NCBI GenBank assembly: GCA_026414975.1
Contig: JAOAHZ010000007.1
Location: forward strand, 70,727 to 134,726
Length of the DNA stretch: 64,000 nucleotides
DNA from: Bacteroidia bacterium
GTDB lineage: Bacteria; Bacteroidota; Bacteroidia; SpSt-205
Reading direction: 5' to 3'
Part shown: in pieces, positions 46,688-55,387 of the stretch
Position numbering within the stretch: position 1 is the first letter of the stretch
Layout of the letters: every line of letters begins with the position of its first letter
The notes under the pieces: generated by a model
What the model saw: the letters and a program-made list of their open reading frames with translations, nothing else
The model's database searches: none
What the model was told of the DNA's origin: nothing
Made by a program: the position numbers and the translations under genes

Positions 46688-49041
46688 AACTCGGGCAGCT
46701 CTGGCGCAGTACAGAGATCGCTGAGATAGTGGGTGGAGACCCCTCTCCGAATGCCAAAGAGGTAGTTGTAGAGCATCTATCTTGGGATACACGACGCTTG
46801 GGAGGAGAACGACGAAGCCTATTTATAGCGCTGAGAGCCCAGCGAGATGGTCATGAGTTTCTTTCGGATGCCCTACGGCGAGGCGCCGTCCTTGCCCTCG
46901 TAGAGAAGCCTCCTTCTGTACCCATCCCTTATATTCTCGTCTCAGACACGTGGCAAGCTCTCTTTCGTTGGGCCTCTACCTGGCGCTCCAGGCTGGACTA
47001 TCCTATACTGGCGATAGCTGGGTCCGTCGGCAAAACTTGGATAAAAGAATGGTTGGCTTACCTCTTAGAAGGGGAGCGGCGCACCTATCGCAGTCCAGGC
47101 AGCTTCAACAGCCAGCTAGGGGTACCCTTGAGTCTGCTAAGCTTTCCCCTCAAAGGAGACCTTGGGATCGTAGAAGCCGGCATTTCTGCCCCAGGAGACA
47201 TGGCACCCTTGGCACAGCTGATCCGTCCCCAGTACGGTATCCTATCTCCGATAGGTAGGGGACACGATGAAGCCTTTCCTAACTTTGAAGCTAAACTTAG
47301 AGAGAAACTTTCGCTCTTTCATCAAGCTGAGTGGATAATCGCCCTTCATCAACCTGAGACGCAGGCTTACTTGAAAGAGCTCCCCCATGTACAGTTAGCG
47401 GGGTTTTCTTCCACAAGCAGGTTTATTTGGGAGCGTATCGGCCCATCTGAGGGGCTCTGGCATGTATCAGAAAAAGACAAGTATCCCATTAGGTTGCCTG
47501 CGGACAGCTTGCCCGTCTGGCAAAATGCTCTCTTAGCCGCCGCAGCAGCTTATACGCTGGGCCTGTCTATAAGCCATTTGCAAGAGCGGCTTCCCACCCT
47601 ACCTGCCATCCAGAGTCGTCTTCAGTGGATTCAAGATGGGAGTGGGCGTCTCTGGCTCAACGATACTTATCACGCTGACGCCTCTTCCGTGGCGGTCGCC
47701 ATAGAGGAGCTCCGTACTATACCCCTCCAGCCCAAAGCAGCCGTTCTGACCGACTTCTCCCCTTACACCGTAGAATCGCATGAAGCGGCTCTCCAAAGCC
47801 TCAGAGAGTTCCTACCAATAGACCATATCCATTTGATCGGAGAGGTATTTCAAAAAGTTGGTCATGAGCCCGCCTACCCTTCGGTGGAAGCCTTTCTCCG
47901 GACGGCTCGTTTGCCTCAGCGAGGGGCCATCCTTCTCAAGGGCAGTCGGCGCTTTCGTTTAGAAGAGGCTCTGAAACGCCTCATGGGGTATGGACCTGCG
48001 CCAGAACTGCATGTAGATTGGGAGAAAGTTTATCATAACCTACTCTACCTGCGAGCTCGGCTATCTCGTCAGACACGCATCATGGGCATACTCAAGGCGG
48101 AAGCGTATGGCAGCGGTGACCTCCTCATGGCCAGTTTTTTAGAGCGGCAAGGTATTGCCTACATTGGTGTGGCCTACACTCGCGAAGCGATACGCCTGAG
48201 AGAAGCAGGGATACGCACTCCCATTTTAGTCTTTTATCCCGGCGAGGTGCCTCACTCAGTATTCTTAGATTACGGCCTAGAAGCGGCTGTAGGTACCCTA
48301 AGAGCTCTGGAATACTGGGCCGGGAAAGTACCTCTTCATTTAGAGTTTGACACGGGGATGGGGCGCATGGGATTGATGCCTACTCAGCTTCCAGAAATCC
48401 TGAATCGCCTGCGCGGAAGCGTCGTCCGAGGGGTCTTCACGCACTTGGCAGAGGCAGCTCACCCCGAACACCCCCTCACAAAGCAGCAGCTGACTCTTTT
48501 CTCGGAGATATATCATGCTGTGAAAGCGGCTTTCCCCGAAGCGCTGGGACATGTTCTGAATACAGCTGGTATCTTATCTATGGGCGAGAAAGCAGCCTAC
48601 GACATGGTCCGAGTGGGCATAGGTCTATATGGGATTGGAAAGGGCTTGCAAGAAGCAACCCGACTATGGGCACCCATCCTAAGAATAGCCCCCATACCCC
48701 CGAAACAACGACTCAACTATGGCTTCTCCAGTGAAGTTCCCGACGGCTATGAGGTGGCTACAGTGGCTATTGGCTACGGCGATGGGCTCCCCCGAAGCTG
48801 GGCGGAACGAGGAGCCCGAGTATTTCTTCATGGCGAACCGTGCCCGATCTTACCTCCCCTCAACATGGACCTTACGCTAATCGCTGTACCCACTGGCTTA
48901 GCGCAGGTAGGGGATAAAGTAGAAATATGGGGGCACCATCGGTCTCTTGCCTGCTTAGCCCAAGAAGCCCAAACTATTCCCTATGAGCTGCTGGCGCGGC
49001 TCTCACCTCGGGTTTATCGGCTATATTCATGGGGCGCCTGA
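46684..49041 (+). CDS. murF/alr: Bifunctional UDP-N-acetylmuramoyl-tripeptide--D-alanyl-D-alanine ligase (MurF) / alanine racemase (Alr) fusion
   Basis: The N-terminal Mur ligase part has the ATP-binding loop IAGSVGKTWIKEW. The C-terminal ~370 aa has the PLP-binding motif ILKAEAYGSGD and the Alr C-terminal beta domain. This fusion is known in Bacteroidota. Confidence 0.85.
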   Translation: MKLGQLWRSTEIAEIVGGDPSPNAKEVVVEHLSWDTRRLGGERRSLFIALRAQRDGHEFLSDALRRGAVLALVEKPPSVPIPYILVSDTWQALFRWASTWRSRLDYPILAIAGSVGKTWIKEWLAYLLEGERRTYRSPGSFNSQLGVPLSLLSFPLKGDLGIVEAGISAPGDMAPLAQLIRPQYGILSPIGRGHDEAFPNFEAKLREKLSLFHQAEWIIALHQPETQAYLKELPHVQLAGFSSTSRFIWERIGPSEGLWHVSEKDKYPIRLPADSLPVWQNALLAAAAAYTLGLSISHLQERLPTLPAIQSRLQWIQDGSGRLWLNDTYHADASSVAVAIEELRTIPLQPKAAVLTDFSPYTVESHEAALQSLREFLPIDHIHLIGEVFQKVGHEPAYPSVEAFLRTARLPQRGAILLKGSRRFRLEEALKRLMGYGPAPELHVDWEKVYHNLLYLRARLSRQTRIMGILKAEAYGSGDLLMASFLERQGIAYIGVAYTREAIRLREAGIRTPILVFYPGEVPHSVFLDYGLEAAVGTLRALEYWAGKVPLHLEFDTGMGRMGLMPTQLPEILNRLRGSVVRGVFTHLAEAAHPEHPLTKQQLTLFSEIYHAVKAAFPEALGHVLNTAGILSMGEKAAYDMVRVGIGLYGIGKGLQEATRLWAPILRIAPIPPKQRLNYGFSSEVPDGYEVATVAIGYGDGLPRSWAERGARVFLHGEPCPILPPLNMDLTLIAVPTGLAQVGDKVEIWGHHRSLACLAQEAQTIPYELLARLSPRVYRLYSWGA

Positions 49042-49757
49042 AGCGGTACTTTTTCCCTGAGATAGACTCCACTCAAAGCCTTCTACGAAGCTGGACCGAA
49101 GAAGGCTACTGCAGTTCAGATATCTTGGTCTGGACGCATCATCAGCGCGCTGGCTATGGGAGAAAAGGTACTCCTTGGCTCTCTACACCCGGCGAAAGCC
49201 TCACCTTCAGTTTCCTCTTGCATGAGGTGATAAGCCCTCGCACTTTGTCAGCCCGAGTAGCCTTAGCCCTTTATGACGTGGTGAGTCTGTATGCCGAGCA
49301 TCCCATCGCCCTTAAGTGGCCTAACGACCTTTGGGCAGCCCCCCGTCCCTTAGGAAAGCTCGCTGGGATTCTAACTGAGCTCCGATGGGCTGGCGAAAAG
49401 CCTCTCTATGCTATCGTAGGCGTTGGACTGAATGTTTATCAGCGCAGCTTCCCGCCTGAGCTGTGCGCACTGAGTCTGACTCAGATCGGCAAGCCTCCTC
49501 CATCTCTTGAACGACTCATGGATGAGTTTGAAATCTACTTTGAGCGGTGGGGAAACGCTACGGAAGCTCAAGTACGCCAAGCATTCATTCAAAGGGCTTG
49601 GCGTACAGGTACCTTGAATATGAGCGAGGAGAGACTACCCGCTCGACTCGTAGGATGGAACGAGGCAGATGAACTGCTCTTTGAGACATCCCGGGATATA
49701 TACCGTCTCCCCGTCAGCGAAGCCGACATCCGATGGCAAGTTCGGTTCTCTGTATAG
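49029..49757 (+). CDS. birA: Biotin--[acetyl-CoA-carboxylase] ligase (BirA, catalytic domain only, no HTH)
   Basis: It has the BPL motif HHQRAGYGRKGTPWLSTPGESLTFSFLL and a C-terminal SH3-like domain. The length is 242 aa. Confidence 0.8.
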   Translation: MGRLKRYFFPEIDSTQSLLRSWTEEGYCSSDILVWTHHQRAGYGRKGTPWLSTPGESLTFSFLLHEVISPRTLSARVALALYDVVSLYAEHPIALKWPNDLWAAPRPLGKLAGILTELRWAGEKPLYAIVGVGLNVYQRSFPPELCALSLTQIGKPPPSLERLMDEFEIYFERWGNATEAQVRQAFIQRAWRTGTLNMSEERLPARLVGWNEADELLFETSRDIYRLPVSEADIRWQVRFSV

Positions 49758-50455
49758 ATATTGGCAATAGCGCCGTCAAAGCAGCCCGCTTCTCGCCGAG
49801 GGGAAGGCTTTTGAGCTTCTGGCGCATGGAATCACCTCGGGAACTGGTAGGCTTAGAAGGGGAGTTTATTGCATACATAGACACCCGACTGGATTCAGAA
49901 TGGAGAGAAGTCCTTTCAGCGCAAGGAGCGGTAGAACTGACGATGGCATGCGGCGTACCTTTCAGCTCTGATTACACCCCTCGCTTAGGACCAGACCGAG
50001 CCGCTCAGCTTATCGCTGTGTGGGAAGCCAAGCGATGGCCTGCGCTCGTCCTCAGTCTGGGGACAGCCTGCACTTTAGATTACATGGACGAGAAGGGACG
50101 ACATCGGGGAGGCATCATAACAACCGGCATTGATTTGAGACTGCGGGCCTTAGCGGCCCATACGGGACGGTTGCCCAAGGTCCAACCCACACCCAACCCA
50201 CCCCTCTTGGGTAAGGATACGCCAGAAGCTATGCTGGCCGGAGCTATACATGGATTGGGACTGGAACTGAAAGGGTGGATCGAGCTACTCAAAAGCCCTA
50301 ACACGACCATTTGGATTACAGGCGGAGAAGCCGAGCTAATCCGAACAGCTCTCCCTTCAGACGCTATCTTTGCGCCCGAACTCACACTGCGTGGCGTGTG
50401 GCTCTGGCAGCGATTTTTACGACGCTCTGGGGGCAGCTCACCTACAATCCCTTGA
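49733..50455 (+). CDS. coaX: Type III pantothenate kinase
   Basis: It has the N-terminal motif LCIDIGNSAVKAA and the ASKHA fold motif IWITGGEA. The birA-coaX adjacency is common. Confidence 0.85.
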   Translation: MASSVLCIDIGNSAVKAARFSPRGRLLSFWRMESPRELVGLEGEFIAYIDTRLDSEWREVLSAQGAVELTMACGVPFSSDYTPRLGPDRAAQLIAVWEAKRWPALVLSLGTACTLDYMDEKGRHRGGIITTGIDLRLRALAAHTGRLPKVQPTPNPPLLGKDTPEAMLAGAIHGLGLELKGWIELLKSPNTTIWITGGEAELIRTALPSDAIFAPELTLRGVWLWQRFLRRSGGSSPTIP

Positions 50456-51573
50456 GCGGCTATGGAATGGGCTTCCCTTATTTGACTACCTCGGGAAGCG
50501 GTTTAGGTATGGGACGGCTCTCTGCTGTAGGCATCGGAAATGGACTACCTGAGCAGCCTGCTCATAGCGCTTACCTCACTGCGATGCAAGCAGATTTTAG
50601 CGGGTACGGTCGCACGCAGGTACTGCAAACTCCTACCCAACGAGCCCGCTTTGGATCCGGATCCCTTCAAAACCTCCAGATGAGCTTCGCTCGGGGAAAA
50701 GGCTGGGGCTTTGCGCTGGGCTTAGCTCCCCAAGCCATCCAAGGTTATCAAGGCAGTGTCCACGTTCAGGCTCCGATTGCTTTCCGCTATACGGAAAAAG
50801 CTGAAGGCCTGCTTTCTTTAGCTTACATTCAGGGGGGGATCCGCTGGAGGTCTGTAGGCATAGGGTATCAGTTCGGGTACTTATGGGGGACTTATGAACG
50901 ACAGCGCTCTATTCAATCCTCCGCCCAGCTTCTGCCCGACTTTCTTCTCACTACGCTGCGAATAGATGGAGTACAGCATCGCGTCGGTCTCTTATGGCAA
51001 GATTCGCTCCGATCGTGGGCGGTTCAGTTGAGTTTAGCTTATGCTTTCCAGACTAAACTCAATCGTGACCTCACCTATAGCTTTCAGAAAAACTTCTCCT
51101 TTACGAGCGTTCTGATAGATACTTTGGTTCGTCAGGAGGCAACTCTAACTTATCCTTCAGTCGTAAGGGGGGGCATGAGCCTAAGTAAAACAAGCTGGCA
51201 CATTGGCTTGGAAGGGGGAATCTCTACAGGGACTAGAACATGGGGAGGAGCCGGACTAAATCCCGCTCAAGGGAGCGTATCATGGGATATGCGCGCCGGT
51301 ATAGAATGGCAACCCGACCCTCGCAGCACCTCTTTCTACAAACGGTTGCGCTATCAAGCAGGAGGCTATATTGCCCAGATGCCCTATACGAATCTGAGAT
51401 ATTATGGAGCCACAGCTGGATTAGGCTGGCAGTTTCCCCGAAGCCCCAATATCATCTACATCGCAGCCGAGTATGGATACGCTCCTCACCCGCAAGTGCG
51501 AGAGACAGCTCTCCAGTTTAGTGTAGCGGCTCTTTTCCGAGAGCTGTGGTTTATTCCGCCGCGCATAGATTGA
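50398..51573 (+). CDS. Predicted outer-membrane protein of unknown function. A GTG start at 50398 is proposed; the ORF is open from 50311 and overlaps coaX.
   Basis: It has the signal peptide (M)ALAAIFTTLWG|Q. The composition is Gly/Tyr/Ser-rich with alternating beta-strand periodicity, as expected for a porin-like barrel. The family was not recognised. Confidence 0.4.
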   Translation: MALAAIFTTLWGQLTYNPLSGYGMGFPYLTTSGSGLGMGRLSAVGIGNGLPEQPAHSAYLTAMQADFSGYGRTQVLQTPTQRARFGSGSLQNLQMSFARGKGWGFALGLAPQAIQGYQGSVHVQAPIAFRYTEKAEGLLSLAYIQGGIRWRSVGIGYQFGYLWGTYERQRSIQSSAQLLPDFLLTTLRIDGVQHRVGLLWQDSLRSWAVQLSLAYAFQTKLNRDLTYSFQKNFSFTSVLIDTLVRQEATLTYPSVVRGGMSLSKTSWHIGLEGGISTGTRTWGGAGLNPAQGSVSWDMRAGIEWQPDPRSTSFYKRLRYQAGGYIAQMPYTNLRYYGATAGLGWQFPRSPNIIYIAAEYGYAPHPQVRETALQFSVAALFRELWFIPPRID

Positions 51574-51597
51574 AACTTTGCTATACCTTTCGGAGCG

Positions 51598-53067
51598 ATG
51601 GGTCTCCAGGGAAATGAGAATAGAAAGGTATGGGCGCACTTTACCCAGCCATACAGATGGAGAGACCTCTGTACCAGCCTGAGGCAAATCGCAACCTTTC
51701 TCTATCTGGGCCTAACTTTGATAAGTAAGGGAAAAGGACAAATCTCCCTCCCTACTTTCCCACCTGCGAGCATACAACGCATTACTTTGCCCACCTTTTT
51801 ACGTCAAGTCCAGCAAAATGCTATCTCTGTACGCCAAGCCGCCGTACCTCTGACTGTAGCTCAAGCTGAACTGCAACAGGCCTACCTCGCCTTTTTACCC
51901 TCCATAAGCGCTAATGCGAGCGCCACCCAGAACTACGGAACAACTTTTGACCCTTTCGCATTTGATAGGGTCCAGCAGACGACCACTTTTGGTTCAGGCT
52001 CAGTTGGAGCGAACTGGCTCATCTTTGCTGGACTGGCGAATCACTACCTCCTTCGTCAAGCTCGGGCCAACGCCGCTCTCACTCAAGCCACCTATCGCCG
52101 CACTCAAACCGACCTATTAGCTCAAGCCTTGGCTCAGTTCAGCCAGACGCTTAGCGACTCCTTCTTGATAGCCCTCTCCCAGCAACGCATAGAGCGACTG
52201 CGAGACCAACTCAAGCGTGTAACAATCTTGGTAGAAGCTGGACAATCTCTCGCTATAGATAGCCTATCCCTAGCCGCCCAGCTTGCTCGGGAAGAGGCCC
52301 AATACCTCTCTTTATACAATCGCCATCGGGAAAATAAGCTCCTGCTCCTTCAGCTAATGGGATGGGACTCTGTATCCGTGGACGCAGTGGAATTCACTTT
52401 AGGGGTAGAGGTGCCGGACTTAGGCCTGCTGACCGAAGCCGAAGCCATCCAGCTATCTATTCGCTTTGCTCCTGAAATAGAAGAAGCTCGATGGCGGACC
52501 CTGGTGCAAACCTACAGCCTACGAGCGGCCCAAGCTGCCTACTTTCCTACCTTGTCCATGAGCGCTTCCATTCAAACCAACTACTCCTCAAATGCAGGTA
52601 ACATCCGGTTTGATCCTGTCCAAGGTATCGTACGAGAGCCCTTACCTTTTGAGAAGCAGATCCGAGATAATGTGAACCAATCTATCTTCGTCTCATTATC
52701 GGTTCCGATTTTTCAGCAAGGGCGCCGACGCACGCAAGTGATTCGAGCGGAGGGCTCGCTTCGGAATGCTGAGCTTCAGTTAGACCTTCAGCGCCAACAG
52801 GTGGTGCGTCGAACGCAGCAGGCATACTTAGCTTGGCAAAATGCCCTTCAACAGGAAGCCGCTTTGCGGCGCAGCGCAGAGGCTGCTCTCCGAGCCTTAC
52901 AACAATCTCAAGTGCAATATGAGGGGGGACGCATCAACTATTGGACCTACAGGGAAGCTCTAATCGCCGCAACCCAAGCCCAACTTGAGTTAGAACAGGC
53001 TCGGTTGGATAAAGCTCTGCGTGCTCTTCTTCTGAGTGCTTACATTGGCAAATACAGAGATTTATGA
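51598..53067 (+). CDS. TolC-family outer-membrane efflux protein
   Basis: It has two OEP repeats with coiled-coil heptads (TVAQAELQQAYLAFLPSISANASATQNYG... and a second half). The length is 489 aa. Confidence 0.8.
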   Translation: MGLQGNENRKVWAHFTQPYRWRDLCTSLRQIATFLYLGLTLISKGKGQISLPTFPPASIQRITLPTFLRQVQQNAISVRQAAVPLTVAQAELQQAYLAFLPSISANASATQNYGTTFDPFAFDRVQQTTTFGSGSVGANWLIFAGLANHYLLRQARANAALTQATYRRTQTDLLAQALAQFSQTLSDSFLIALSQQRIERLRDQLKRVTILVEAGQSLAIDSLSLAAQLAREEAQYLSLYNRHRENKLLLLQLMGWDSVSVDAVEFTLGVEVPDLGLLTEAEAIQLSIRFAPEIEEARWRTLVQTYSLRAAQAAYFPTLSMSASIQTNYSSNAGNIRFDPVQGIVREPLPFEKQIRDNVNQSIFVSLSVPIFQQGRRRTQVIRAEGSLRNAELQLDLQRQQVVRRTQQAYLAWQNALQQEAALRRSAEAALRALQQSQVQYEGGRINYWTYREALIAATQAQLELEQARLDKALRALLLSAYIGKYRDL

Positions 53068-54299
53068 AACGGTGGAGATGGATTATAGGGATAGCTGCGG
53101 GGGGACTGTTAATCTTCGGCATAGGCCGCTGGGCTTGCGGGAGAGACCGTAAGCTACTGGTAGAAGTGGATACGGTCCAGCGGCGCACCTTACGCCCCTT
53201 TATCACGGAGACAGCTGTTATTCGTCCAGTGGTAGAAGTACCTATTAGCCCAGATGTATCAGGTGAAGTGGTACAGATTTATGTGAAAGAGGGAGATACA
53301 GTGAGAACAGGCCAGCTTTTGTTCACCATCCGCCCCGATAACTACAAGATGGCCCTTCTCCAGATGCAAGCGGCTTTAGAAGAGGCTCGGGCTCAGTATG
53401 CATCCGCCCAGGCGACCTTAGCCCAGCAAGAGGCAAGCTTCGTACAGGAGTCGCTGGCTTACGAGCGCGCGAAGCGTCTGTATGAGGGACGCGCTTTATC
53501 TGACGCAGAGTGGGATGCCGCCCGTCTGCGCTATCAAATAGCCCGAGCTCAGCGGCAAAGTGCAGAGAACTCTGTCCGAGCTGCTTTCCACCGCATACGC
53601 AGCATGGAAGCTAACCTCACTCGAGCCCGAATAGACTACGAACGCACCTCTGTATATGCCTCTATGGATGGGGTGATTACTCGGCTTAGTGTGCGAGTGG
53701 GTCAGCGCGTGGTCGGAGTCGGACAAATGGCCGGTACGGAGAGCATTCGTATCGCCGACTTGAGCCGATTTCTCGTGGAGACCCAAGTCTCTGAGAATGA
53801 CGTCGTACGGCTCCGCGTAGGAGACTCCGTTAGCATAGAGATACAGGCTTATCCGGAGCTCAAGCTGCGCGGCTTCGTTCAGCAGATCGGCTATAGCTCC
53901 GGGAAAACCGCCCAGTCCGAGGCCGCCAGCGCCATCTCTGGCGAGCAGGTAAGCACATACCTGATTAGAATCGGCATAGACACCAGCCAATACGACCGAA
54001 AAAAATATCCCTTGCGCCCCGAAATGAGCGCTCTGGTTCGCATCTACTACGACAAACGAGAAGGTGTTCTTACGCTGCCGCTCCAATCCGTCGTCTTACG
54101 CAAAGGAGAAGAAGTAGTGTATGAGGTCCTCAATGGCTTAGCCTTAGAGCGGAAAGTGCGCAGCGGCGTCGCCGACGACAAGTTTGTAGAAGTAGAAGGG
54201 GATATAAAGGAAGGGAGCGTTGTTATCACAGGGCCGTATGATGTGCTTCAAGAGCAGCTCGCCGATAGCACTCCTGTCCAAATCCAACCTCGCCTGTGA
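53064..54299 (+). CDS. HlyD-family membrane fusion (periplasmic adaptor) protein
   Basis: It has a single N-terminal transmembrane helix (WRWIIGIAAGGLLIFGIG), a biotinyl-lipoyl-like beta domain, and long coiled coils rich in A/Q/R. It overlaps the TolC gene by 4 nt. Confidence 0.8.
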   Translation: MKRWRWIIGIAAGGLLIFGIGRWACGRDRKLLVEVDTVQRRTLRPFITETAVIRPVVEVPISPDVSGEVVQIYVKEGDTVRTGQLLFTIRPDNYKMALLQMQAALEEARAQYASAQATLAQQEASFVQESLAYERAKRLYEGRALSDAEWDAARLRYQIARAQRQSAENSVRAAFHRIRSMEANLTRARIDYERTSVYASMDGVITRLSVRVGQRVVGVGQMAGTESIRIADLSRFLVETQVSENDVVRLRVGDSVSIEIQAYPELKLRGFVQQIGYSSGKTAQSEAASAISGEQVSTYLIRIGIDTSQYDRKKYPLRPEMSALVRIYYDKREGVLTLPLQSVVLRKGEEVVYEVLNGLALERKVRSGVADDKFVEVEGDIKEGSVVITGPYDVLQEQLADSTPVQIQPRL

Positions 54300-55264
54300 G
54301 GGTAGGGCTGCTCGGTGCAGGAAGTTGGGGCTGTGCCTTAGCTGAGCTCCTCTGTCAGAACCGTCATACCATCTTGTGGTGGGTACATCGTACCGACATA
54401 GCCGACTCTATCCGAAAAACAGGCAAACATCCTTTCATCTTCCCAGAGCACAGCTTCCCGCCCGAGCGGATAGAGCAGGTTACCACCAACCTAACTATTG
54501 TCTCGCAGGATGCAGACCTTATTATTTTGGCTTTACCCTCTCGTTACATCGCCTCGGCTTTACAGGAAGTAGCTATACCTCAGACCAAGCCCTGGCTCTC
54601 AGGAACGAAAGGACTGCTACCTGAAAAAGCGCTGCGTCCCACCGAATATCTGCGCAGCCGAGGTGTCAATCAGGTTGCAATACTGAGCGGCCCCAGTTAC
54701 GCTGAAGAGGTCATAGCTCACCGCCCTACATGGGTAGGGCTCGGCACAGAACTCCCTCATCTGTACGAGCTTGCCCATGCAGCTTTAGCCACCTCTTACT
54801 TTCACCTTATACCCACCTCGGCTGTAAATGCTCTGGAATGGATCGGCATTCTCAAAAACATCTACGCCATCGGCATCGGGGCTATCAGCTTGATTGGGGA
54901 CAACGCTCGAGCCGCCTTAGCCTCCGCCATGCTAAGGGAACTCAGCCAAGTCTTATCGGCCTGGGCGCCAGAAGAGGCATTTGACTTCCTTTCTCCAGCA
55001 TGGGTGGGGGATTTTTTGGTTACAGCTTTCGGTACGCTAAGTCGCAACCAACGCCTGGGCCAATATCTTGCGCAAGGATACAGTCCACGCACAGCTCTAA
55101 ACCGTCTAGGCATGGTGGCCGAAGGGTATTATGCAGCCCAAATCTTATTTCCTCGCATCACCCCTAACTTCCCTATCTTATACAGCATCGTGAGGGTCTT
55201 AAGTGAAAAGGATTCCCCTGAAACGCTACGACAGCATCTCATGAACCACATAGGAGTAGGATAA
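54296..55264 (+). CDS. gpsA: NAD(P)H-dependent glycerol-3-phosphate dehydrogenase
   Basis: It has the Rossmann N-terminus MRVGLLGAGSWGCALA. The length is 322 aa. It overlaps the HlyD gene by 4 nt. Confidence 0.88.
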   Translation: MRVGLLGAGSWGCALAELLCQNRHTILWWVHRTDIADSIRKTGKHPFIFPEHSFPPERIEQVTTNLTIVSQDADLIILALPSRYIASALQEVAIPQTKPWLSGTKGLLPEKALRPTEYLRSRGVNQVAILSGPSYAEEVIAHRPTWVGLGTELPHLYELAHAALATSYFHLIPTSAVNALEWIGILKNIYAIGIGAISLIGDNARAALASAMLRELSQVLSAWAPEEAFDFLSPAWVGDFLVTAFGTLSRNQRLGQYLAQGYSPRTALNRLGMVAEGYYAAQILFPRITPNFPILYSIVRVLSEKDSPETLRQHLMNHIGVG

Positions 55265-55387
55265 CCTATCGTGCTGGAAAGCACTGGAGGGAGAAGCAAC
55301 TGGTTTTACTCTTAACGGCGCCCTCTTTGACTCTTCAAGGCCTTTTTCTGTAGGCTTTACGAATTGTCTTTTGGGAGCTTAGGTCGC

